DNA of 31,890 nucleotides from Macrostomum lignano. Taxonomy: Eukaryota. The translations under genes were made by a program, and so were the position numbers. This document shows positions 22,601 through 31,890 of this stretch, one piece after another. The notes below the pieces were generated by a model, which saw only the letters and a list, made by a program, of their open reading frames with translations, was not told the DNA's origin and ran no database searches. Where the stretch lies: the NCBI GenBank assembly GCA_002269645.1, contig NIVC01004903.1, positions 1 through 31,890 of the forward strand, given 5' to 3'. Positions within the stretch are counted from its first letter, which is position 1. The number at the start of each line of letters is the position of its first letter.

Positions 22601-23713
22601 CCATTGAGTGTCATTTCTAAGCTCTCCATTTAATTCTATATATTGACAGCGACAGGGCTAGTTAGAGATGCTGAGAGTAGCGGGCTCTGCGTCATCTTTG
22701 CACCTGTGTATATCAGCCCCATTGAGTGTCATTTCTAAGCTCTCCATTTAATTCTATATATTGACAGCGACAGGGCTAGTTAGAGATGCTGAGAGTAGCG
22801 GGCTCTGCGTCATCTTTGCACCTGTGTATATCAGCCCCATTGAGTGTCATTTCTAAGCTCTCCATTTAATTCTATATATTGACAGCGACAGGGCTAGTTA
22901 GAGATGCTGAGAGTAGCGGGCTCTGCGTCATCTTTGCACCTGTGTATATCAGCCCCATTGAGTGTCATTTCTAAGCTCTCCATTTAATTCTATATATTGA
23001 CAGCGACAGGGCTAGTTAGAGATGCTGAGAGTAGCGGGCTCTGCGTCATCTTTGCACCTGTGTATATCAGCCCCATTGAGTGTCATTTCTAAGCTCTCCA
23101 TTTAATTCTATATATTGACAGCGACAGGGCTAGTTAGAGATGCTGAGAGTAGCGGGCTCTGCGTCATCTTTGCACCTGTGTATATCAGCCCCATTGAGTG
23201 TCATTTCTAAGCTCTCCATTTAATTCTATATATTGACAGCGACAGGGCTAGTTAGAGATGCTGAGAGTAGCGGGCTCTGCGTCATCTTTGCACCTGTGTA
23301 TATCAGCCCCATTGAGTGTCATTTCTAAGCTCTCCATTTAATTCTATATATTGACAGCGACAGGGCTAGTTAGAGATGCTGAGAGTAGCGGGCTCTGCGT
23401 CATCTTTGCACCTGTGTATATCAGCCCCATTGAGTGTCATTTCTAAGCTCTCCATTTAATTCTATATATTGACAGCGACAGGGCTAGTTAGAGATGCTGA
23501 GAGTAGCGGGCTCTGCGTCATCTTTGCACCTGTGTATATCAGCCCCATTGAGTGTCATTTCTAAGCTCTCCATTTAATTCTATATATTGACAGCGACAGG
23601 GCTAGTTAGAGATGCTGAGAGTAGCGGGCTCTGCGTCATCTTTGCACCTGTGTATATCAGCCCCATTGAGTGTCATTTCTAAGCTCTCCATTTAATTCTA
23701 TATATTGACAGCG
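10664..23713. repeat. 118-bp satellite array, ~110.6 near-identical head-to-tail copies (13.05 kb)
   Basis: The pattern shifts 2 nt every two 60-nt lines, giving a period of 118. By eye the only variants are one T>C at 10674 and 1-nt homopolymer deletions near 10885, 11120 and 21066. Confidence 0.98.
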
Positions 23714-24486
23714 CCGCTATAGTTTAAATCCATGTTTGAATTTACTGCGCTCGTACATTTTAACTTATACTTGATATTGACAGGTTAGCTCAGAAATATT
23801 TCGCCAGCTTCTTTAGTAATGGCTTTTTATCAAAATACAATTGGGCTTTGCTTTTACTTTTGGTTTGGTCACCTGCTGTGAGCGTTCCACTTTTTATCTA
23901 TATATTGTTTTGTATTATGCACAGCGGTTTGTTTGGAGGTGTGTTTCGCGCTTTTCTCGATCTTTCCACTGTAGCTGGATTTTGAGTAAAGATAAGAATC
24001 GCAGTTCTCACGATTGCTTAAAAGCAAATACGTGCTCTGGGTATGCTCAAGATTGCGCAATGCTCGGTGACAGTGATGGGTGGTTCATGGTGGAAGACAC
24101 CTATCTAAGCAAATTTGTTGCACCAAACTTATGATTGCGCCATTATCGTAAAGAATAGTGTCAAGCAGTTCCAAATATGTAAAATTGTAAACTTTATTTA
24201 GTCACCAAAGAGAAATTTTATCTACTCTTTGATTTGTTGATGACTGACTTCATCCTAATTTTTGAGCATATACGTCTTTTTCTTGCATATTTAATCTATT
24301 TCTCGAATTTCTATTTTGCATCATTCATTTAATTCCTATCCAATTCATTGTGTGTCATTTATTTTTTATCCACTGCCCACTGTATATTGACAGCAGCGGA
24401 TCTCACAGAGCTACTCAATGAATTGAAAATGCAGAAATAACTGAGTATTCGAAACCCAAACTGGATTAGGGTCGATCAGTGAGTCT

Positions 24487-24541
24487 GGCTGTGAGGCTGT
24501 GAATGAGGCAGTGAATGAGGCTGTGAATGAGGCTGTGAATG
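24487..24541. repeat. 12-nt repeat (GGCTGTGAATGA), ~4.5 copies
   Basis: Direct periodicity. Confidence 0.8.
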
Positions 24542-24890
24542 TGAGTGGGGCATATTGTACCTAATGTATGTTTCATGCTGGTTAATGCGCATGTTTCATT
24601 TTGAATCAAAGTAATTTGGTGTCAAAATGAGTCACTACTGAAATGAAGCAGTCCACCCCTTTGAGTCTAAAAGCATAGTGGATTTGACACGTACTATGAA
24701 CGTGAAATATTTTGACCACCCCATTCCGAACCAATGAAAATTAGAGTGAACTTGTTGATGTCAAACTGCCGCTTCATATAAAATGGGACTTCAGTTGGCC
24801 TTTCAAAAAGCCAGATTTCTATTTGTCAATTAATTTCATTTTTTCAATAAATTAACCCAAATGTCCAAACAATTGGAGTTCATAAAACAG

Positions 24891-24983
24891 CTGATAAGCC
24901 GCAAAGGCAAATGCTATGACGTCGCTAAGCGGCAAAAGTCGTTTGAGAAAGAGCTCGCCGCGTCTGATCGATTCCAGTTAATG
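24891..24983 (+). CDS. Exon LISRKGKCYDVAKRQKSFEKELAASDRFQLM, probable continuation of the F-box gene
   Basis: Acceptor taaaacag, donor ATG|gtaagt at 24984. 93 nt, open only in phase 0, compatible with the phase-0 donor at 9476. Confidence 0.6.
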
Positions 24984-25010
24984 GTAAGTGAAGGTGAAGA
25001 GCAATATTTT

Positions 25011-26711
25011 TACCAATAACTGCCCTGTCTCTACCATTCTACCCTGTCTCTACCATTCTACCCTGTCTCTACCATTCTACCCTGTCTCTACCATTCTACC
25101 CTGTCTCTACCATTCTACCCTGTCTCTACCATTCTGCCCTGTCTCTACCATTCTACCCTGTCTCTACCATTCTGCCCTGTCTCTACCATTCTACCCTGTC
25201 TCTACCATTCTGCCCTGTCTCTACCATTCTGCCCTTTCTCTACCATTCTGCCCTGTCTCTACCATTCTGCCCTGTCTCTACCATTCTGCCCTGTCTCTAC
25301 CATTCTGCCCTGTCTCTACCATTCTGCCCTGTCTCTACCATACTGCCCTGTTTCTACCATACTGCCCTGTCTCTACCATTCTGCCCTGTCTCTACCATTC
25401 TGCCCTGTCTCTACCATTCTGCCCTGTCTCTACCATTCTGCCCTGTCTCTACCATTCTGCCCTGTCTCTACCATTCTGCCCTGTGTCTACCATACTGCCC
25501 TGTTTCTACCATACTGCCCTGTCTCTACCATTCTACCCTGTCTCTACCATTCTACCATGTCTCTACCATTCTACCCTGTCTCTACCATTCTGCCCTGTCT
25601 CTACCATTCTACCCTGTCTCTACCATTCTGCCCTGTCTCTACCATTCTACCCTGTCTCTACCATTCTGCCCTGTCTCTACCATTCTGCCCTGTCTCTACC
25701 ATTCTGCCCTGTCTCTACCATTCTGCCCTGTCTCTACCATTCTGCCCTGTCTCTACCATTCTGCCCTGTCTCTACCATACTGCCCTGTCTCTACCATACT
25801 GCCCTGTCTCTACCATTCTGCCCTGTCTCTACCATTCTGCCCTTTCTCTACCAATAACTGCCCTGTCTCTACCATTCTGCCCTGTCTCTACCATTCTACC
25901 CTGTCTCTACCATTCTGCCCTGTCTCTACCATTCTACCCTGTCTCTACCATTCTGCCCTGTCTCTACCATTCTGCCCTGTCTCTACCATTCTGCCCTGTC
26001 TCTACCATTCTGCCCTGTCTCTACCATTCTGCCCTGTCTCTACCATACTGCCCTGTTTCTACCATACTGCCCTGTCTCTACCATTCTGCCCTGTCTCTAC
26101 CATTCTGCCCTGTCTCTACCATTCTGCCCTGTCTCTACCATACTGCCCTGTCTCTACCATACTGCCCTGTCTCTACCATTCTGCCCTGTCTCTACCATTC
26201 TGCCCTTTCTCTACCAATAACTGCCCTGTCTCTACCATTCTGCCCTGTCTCTACCAATAACTGCCCTGTCTCTACCATTCTGCCCTGTCTCTACCATTCT
26301 GCCCTGTCTCTACCATTCTGCCCTGTCTCTACCATTCTGCCCTGTCTCTACCAATAACTGCCCTGTCTCTACCATTCTGCCCTGTCTCTACCATTCTGCC
26401 CTGTCTCTACCATTCTGCCCTTTCTCTACCAATAACTGCCCTGTCTCTACCATTCTGCCCTGTCTCTACCAATAACTGCCCTGTCTCTACCATTCTGCCC
26501 TGTCTCTACCATTCTGCCCTGTCTCTACCATTCTGCCCTGTCTCTACCATTCTGCCCTGTCTCTACCAATAACTGCCCTGTCTCTACCATTCTGCCCTGT
26601 CTCTACCATTCTGCCCTGTCTCTACCATTCTGCCCTGTCTCTACCATACTGCCCTGTCTCTACCATTCTGCCCTGTCTCTACCATTCTGCCCTGTCTCTA
26701 CCAATAACTGC
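25011..26711. repeat. 19-nt minisatellite (CTGCCCTGTCTCTACCATT), ~89 copies with 21-nt ACCAATAA variants; fills intron 24984-26726
   Basis: Direct periodicity; ORFs 24988 and 25557 are 19-aa (3-unit) repeat artefacts. Confidence 0.97.
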
Positions 26712-26726
26712 AATTTCTCTACTCAG

Positions 26727-26840
26727 ACCGATGCGTCACAGCCCGGATCAGCTGAGCAGCCGCCCACCGCAGCCCAGCAGCCGCCCGGCCCAGCTGAGCG
26801 GCCCAAGTCGCATGCCGGCAGGAGTACATTTGCCCATTCG
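26727..26840 (+). CDS. GC-rich P/Q/A-rich exon (TDASQPGSAEQPPTAAQQPPGPAERPK...)
   Basis: Acceptor tttctctactcag, donor TCG|gtgact at 26841; 114 nt, phase 0-0. Confidence 0.5.
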
Positions 26841-27258
26841 GTGACTGCCTACCAATGCACTATTTCAACATGCTAATATAACTATTTTCTAACATGTGAA
26901 ACATGTAAAGATAATATAATATTTGAAAACTTATTAATTATAACTAAAATTCGTATGCACATAAAATATAATTATAAAATTTGCAAGTAAATAATATATA
27001 TAACTAAAATAGCTGGACTTGTGTCTAATGCGATTTATTTGAAACCCTTTGGAGCTGCGATCGAATTATTTTCGCATTTCTACTATTAGTAGCATGTAAT
27101 GCAAAATTTATAGTTTTTTGCGAAACTTTTATGTGTCATATTTCGAAATATTCTGGTCGGATATATTTTTTTGGAGTGTCATATCTGTGATGTGGCCTGT
27201 CGGGTATCCCCTACGATGTGCGTCATTTCTTTGTTTTGGGTCATCACTGATAACATAG

Positions 27259-27541
27259 GGAAAGCGCAACAGTAACAGAACAAACAGAACAGGAAAACAG
27301 AGACGAGCAAAATCGCGACAAGACTTTAATAGGACCAAATTATCTGACAGTCAATCCAATCAATCAAAAATGTCTGCGCGGGCCAGACACCGCGGTCCGT
27401 AACAAAGTGTGGCCGGTTCTGCAGGGTCTCACCTGCCGCTACTGCCGCCTGACGATCATTAACTTCAAAGACGACTTGAGGATCGGTCAAGCGCTGCTTC
27501 AGGGCGCCTTCAATGCAAGAAATCGCCATTTCAGTGGCTAG
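27259..27541 (+). CDS. Candidate exon (ESATVTEQ...VWPVLQGLTCRYCRLTIINFKDDLRIGQALLQGAFNARNRHFSG*); strand and linkage unresolved
   Basis: Open frame 27254-27541 with strong C-ending codon bias; acceptor ctgataacatag. The same-register antisense frame is also open. Confidence 0.3.
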
Positions 27542-28667
27542 AGATGTCTAGAGCTATCCACAGACGAAATTCTAGTGTAGGGCATTTCTAATGACAATTA
27601 AAAGGATGAAGAGTTCAAGAATCTGGGCTATAGTTTTCCACAGACGAAATTCACTCACTTTTTACTTAAATTTACCATAAGCCACCATATTTTTTGCCAT
27701 AGACAAAGCAAAGATATTTTCTGATCAATTTGAACTAAAAATCAGTTAGAAGGGAAGAGGAGGCTTGGAATGGATAGCGTGACACACCTCAGCCCACCAT
27801 CTGTCAGCATTAATAGCCCATATATAGACAAAGAGACATGTCAAAATGAGGGGGGAGGGGGTTGGAGGGCCAAAAAACTTGTCCATTGTGAGTTATTGTC
27901 CCGAGCCCACCAGCGACTTCTCTGCTTGGGAATTGGAGAGTCGTTTGCTCCTCTTTTACTCAGACGGAACTCAAGGAGAGCCACCGTACCAGCAGCCGCC
28001 CTCATTGCTCTCTCGCTGGCTTCAGCCGTCTCAGTTTTCTCTTAAAAAACGCCCCCAAGAGCCTGCAGACTCTCTTCTGCCATTTGAGTAGGAGAAAAAA
28101 ATACCCAGCCCATGCAGGTAGTTTGCACAGGGGGCTCTCTTTGTTCTGATTTCTCAGTTCCCGCGGCCTCACCACCACTTTCACTGGCTGGCGTCAATTC
28201 TTTTGCTTGCTTTTTTTCGTTTGCTCCAGCTCAGCTCAAAGTTGGCTGGCTGGTTCTGGTTGGAGTCGGGTCGCAAGTCTCTTCCTTCCGACCCCCACCC
28301 GCGTCTTCCGCTGTTCTTTCGTGGCTTTCTTCAGTTCAGTTCAGAAGTCGATTTAAAAAAAATCAATTAGAAAAATTGATGTCAGATTTAAATGAAAAGC
28401 AATTACAAACTCTGATATAAAAATTAGTGTTTCAAATTCATGGTTTCAAATTTAATATAATAATATTTTGCTTCTCTTATTATAACAAATCCAATGGCAC
28501 CCATTTCAAAAAATTATTACTTAGCGACTCCGTGGACAATCAAGAATGCTTGTAGATGGATATTTTTCAGTTGAATCAGAAAACTTTTCTTTTAATTAAA
28601 GCAAATCGAATGGCACTACTTTTTAATTTATTCAGGATTTAGGGTTCAGGAAACCATTTTTGGAATA

Positions 28668-29230
28668 TGAATTTAGAGTTTAGAATTTAGAGTTCGGATT
28701 TAGAGTTCAGGACTCAGAGTTCAGGATTTAGAGTTCGGGATTTAGAGTTCAGGATTTAGAGTTCAGGATTTAGAGTTCGGGATTTAGAGTTCAGGATTTA
28801 GAGTTCGGGATTTAGAGTTCAGGATTTAGAGTTCAGGATTTAGAGTTCAGGATTTAGAGTTCAGGATTTAGAGTTCAGGATTTAGAGTTCAGGATTTAGA
28901 GTTCAGGATTTAGAGTTCAGGATTTAGAGTTCAGGATTTAGAGTTCGGGATTTAGAGTTCAGGATTTAGAGTTCAGGACTCAGAGTTCAGGATTTAGAGT
29001 TCAGGATTTAGAGTTCAGGATTTAGAGTTCAGGATTTAGAGTTCAGGATTTAGAGTTCAGGATTTAGAGTTCAGGATTTAGAGTTCAGGATTTAGAGTTC
29101 AGGATTTAGAGTTCAGGATTTAGAGTTCAGGACTCAGAGTTCAGGATTTAGAGTTCAGGATTTAGAGTTCAGGACTCAGAGTTCAGGATTTAGAGTTCAG
29201 GATTTAGAGTTCCGTATTTAGAGTTCAGGT
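28668..29230. repeat. 14-nt repeat (TTCAGGA-TTTAGAG), ~40 copies, telomere-like heptamer dimer
   Basis: Direct periodicity; flanks contain TTTAGGG and TTCAGGG. Confidence 0.95.
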
Positions 29231-29595
29231 TCAGGGTATAGGGTTCAGGACTTATAATTCAGGGCTTAGTTCTCCCTGGGCAAATCAATGTTTGTCTGAA
29301 GCGAAAAGTATTATACTGTTTTATAACATTCGCATTGCGTGTTAAATAAACCCCTAGAATATTAGCGTCTATCTAAACGTGTACCATATACGTATAACTC
29401 AAAGGCAATAATCATCATATAGTTTTATTATAGTCATTCTATTTGCTGTTTAATAATTTAAAGTTTCACACGAATCTAAAATTACACAATTTTCAAGCTT
29501 AAGCTGCTTGGTGAATAAAATCGATTGGAGACCACTTTAGCTGTAAAAATAAATTTGTTTAAATCGGGTTCACCGAATGATTCACGATTCAGTAT

Positions 29596-30092
29596 TCGAT
29601 GCCATTCTACCCAATTTGATGCCGTATTACACAATTTGATGCTATTCTACACAATTCAGAGCCATTCTACACAATTTGATGCTATATTACACAATTCAGT
29701 GCCATTCTACACAATTTGATGCCATTCTACTTAACTTGATGTCATATTACACAATTTGATGCCATATTACACAGATTGGTTCCATATTACACTATTTGAT
29801 GCCGCATTACACAATTTGATGCCATTCTACACAATTTGATGTCATATTACACAGTTTAATGCCATATTACACAGTTTAATGCCATATTACACAATTTGAT
29901 GCCATGTTACACAATTCAATGCCTTTCTACACAATTTGATGCCATATTACATAATTCGATGCTATATTACAGAGTTTGATACCATATTACACAATTTGAT
30001 ACCATATTACACAATTTGATGCCGTATTACACAATTTGGTGCCATATTACACAATTTGGTGCCATATTACACAATCCAGTTCCATACTACAC
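29596..30092. repeat. Diverged 20-nt minisatellite (GCCATATTACACAATTTGAT), ~25 copies
   Basis: 20-nt period with many substitutions. Confidence 0.92.
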
Positions 30093-30143
30093 AAGTGAAA
30101 GATTTATAGAAAGCCAAAAAGTGTCTACTATTTACCAATGCAG

Positions 30144-30386
30144 ATTCCGGGAACTCATCATCAATCAGAGGAGACTCTGTGCAGTGGTGGAGCTAGCTAG
30201 TTATGGATGGTGACCTCATCTCCAAAAAATCCCTTTTTATATATCCCCAATACATTTTTGTCGGATTCCAGCCCGGTCGCATATCAACTACTCATATCTA
30301 TCTCATCTATCTTGGGATCTTTGGAGGCTGTGAATAATGAATGCATGGATGGGGTGGAAGAACCGCCAGTTCTGAGACACCGCTAA
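30144..30386 (+). CDS. Two candidate exons (30144-30209; 30272-30329 or -30386): FRELIINQRRLCAVVELASYGC/PVAYQLLISISSILGSLEA...; unknown protein
   Basis: Acceptors aatgcag and ggattccag, donor G|gtgacc at 30210. Phase 2 matches across a 62-nt intron; composition is protein-like. Confidence 0.4.
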
Positions 30387-30769
30387 GACACAAAAAAAAT
30401 CTACTGCCTGAAAGTTAACTGCATGGCTGAGCAAGATCAAGAAGGCGCTAGTAGTTTGGGAAAAGTTGTCAAAATCTAGACAAAATCATTCGCAAGCTAC
30501 CATGCCGTTCGTGTTTCTTTTTTTGCCAAGCTTTTGTTGATGTTGAACTCCCGCTGCACTGGCGATACATGAATGCCAAGGAATGGCAGTGGAAAAAAAT
30601 CTGTGTGCTTTTTGCTTTTTGCAAAATCGCAAGTTGAAATGTGTGTCTGCGTGTAATGTTGGTTTTTATGCTTTTTTGCTGTGGCCTGAATACAGATTTA
30701 TAGATTTGCTTGGTGGGTGTGGAGAGATGAAGATCAGATTGGAAAGATTGGGAAGTGAAATAGCAAATG

Positions 30770-31200
30770 AAGGGAGGGTGAGAAGAAAGAAGATAGGGTA
30801 AGTAGGGAGAGGAGAGGGTGAGAAAGGAAAAGAGAGGGTGAGAAAGGGAAAGAGAGGGTGAGAAAGGAGATAGAGAGGGTGAAGGGAGATGAGAGGGTGA
30901 GAAGGGAGAAAGAGAGGGTGAGAAGGGAGATGGAGAGGGTGAGATGAGAAAGAGAAGAGAGGTGAGAAAGGAGAAAGAGAGGGTGAGAAATGAGATAGAG
31001 AGGGTGAGAAGGTTGGAAAGAGAGGGTGAGAAGGTAGAAAGAGAGGGTGAGAAGGGAGATGGAGAGGGTGAGAAGGAAAAGAGAGGTGAGAAGGGAGATG
31101 GAGAGGTGAGAAGGGAGAAAGAGGGGGTGAGAAAGGAGATAGAGAGGGTGGGAAGTAGAAAAAGGGTGAGAAAGGAGAGAGGGTGAGGAGGGAGGGGTAA
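30770..31200. repeat. Purine-rich ~20-nt degenerate repeat (GAGAGGGTGAGAAGGGAGAT-like)
   Basis: Recurrent GAGAGGGTGAGAA core; ORFs 30666, 30734 and 30944 are artefacts. Confidence 0.9.
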
Positions 31201-31890
31201 AAAGCAATAAACGACAACACAATTTTACCATCTGACCAGCAAATCGGCACAAGATCTCCGCTTTTTCTCAATCCCGATTTCCATCTGTAGATTTTTGCTC
31301 CTCCCGGTGGGCAAAAATCGCATTTATAGGGGAAAATTTGCGCACCTGCCGCTGAAGCAGAAGTTGCTTCCTTCTAGGAGCAGAGAATAGAATAGCGGAG
31401 CGGAGCGGAGAGTCGCCAAGAGTAGAAACCCGGAAGCGACTCTGAAGTTGCAAGTTACTTCTTTTTCTCATTCTTAGAAAGCAAAAGAAAATCTGAAAGC
31501 GCAGCAATGGGCAGTTCGCTGGAAAAAATCACTTTTATGATAGGAAATGCATTGTGCGAATTTCTGGTACAAAAAAGCGCCGAGTACAAGAAGGTACTGC
31601 AGAGCAGTGCCGATATGCTTGGCTAAACTGACTCAAGTGACTCATTGTTGTAAGAGCAAAAAAACACAATTTCCCAGCAGGCTTGAAAATTGCGTCTATG
31701 AATTCTGTAGAATATGGTGCCGCTTCTGTTTGTGTAATAATCGGCGCCTTCGATTGTAATTAATGGCGGCCAGAATGTATTAATGGACGCTCAATAATGT
31801 AAAAACAATGAAATAGGTAACTCCAAATTGAAACGACCAGTTTAGAAAATCTAACGATCAATTCAAAAAACGTAATGATCAGTTCAGAAA

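Noticed and set aside
10664-23713. 5S rRNA, snRNA or spliced-leader RNA tandem array (118-bp period)
   Set aside because: No 5S, U-snRNA or flatworm SL sequence motifs are recognisable on either strand, and there is no spacer or Pol III terminator organisation.
23784-24134. Small-exon gene immediately after the satellite (VSSEIFSP../GLFGGVFRAF..; ORF 23841)
   Set aside because: Splice-like signals are present, but every attempted join meets a stop within ~50 codons and no family is recognisable.
24988-26357. Long Cys/Pro/Leu-rich ORFs (289 and 266 aa)
   Set aside because: They are read-throughs of a stop-free 19-nt repeat lying between a GTAAGT donor and an acceptor; the frame shifts at the 21-nt variants.
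27841-28335. Minus-strand coding-like frame with two internal stops (28231, 28042), suggesting a pseudogene or stop-codon reassignment
   Set aside because: The open runs (34, 62 and 66 codons) are only modestly long for GC-rich DNA, there is no recognisable homology, and the other exons use the standard code.
31477-31760. Candidate + exons (MGSSLEKITFMIGNALCEFLVQKSAEYKK; LKIASMNSVEYGAASV)
   Set aside because: They look protein-like, but I could not join them in phase to each other or to the 30144-30386 exons, so they are left unannotated.

Overview
Eukaryotic (metazoan-type) genomic DNA, not prokaryotic. GC-rich spliced exons with GT(G/A)AG..AG introns sit in AT-rich sequence, and nearly every intron is filled by its own tandem repeat. 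This pattern resembles the flatworm Macrostomum, but that is inference only. (1) About 137-6253 (+): 3' part of a highly diverged VPS13A/C-like bulk lipid transfer gene. Eight phase-consistent exons can be joined by hand into 964 codons. The VAB adaptor-binding domain appears to be replaced by a 216-aa G/S/N/T/R linker containing a 14-aa repeat, and most of the ATG2_C helical region appears to be missing. (2) From about 8412 (+): an F-box protein gene. Its apparent ~15.4-kb intron holds a 26-nt minisatellite and a 13-kb, almost perfectly homogeneous 118-bp satellite (~110 copies), with degenerate relatives of the monomer on both flanks. (3) 24.9-31.9 kb: further candidate + strand exons of unresolved gene membership, separated by 19-, 14-, 20-nt and GA-rich arrays. 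Most ORFs in the supplied track are repeat artefacts. I recognise no rRNA, tRNA, CRISPR array or transposase. Human VPS13A motifs quoted below are recalled from memory and need alignment to confirm.
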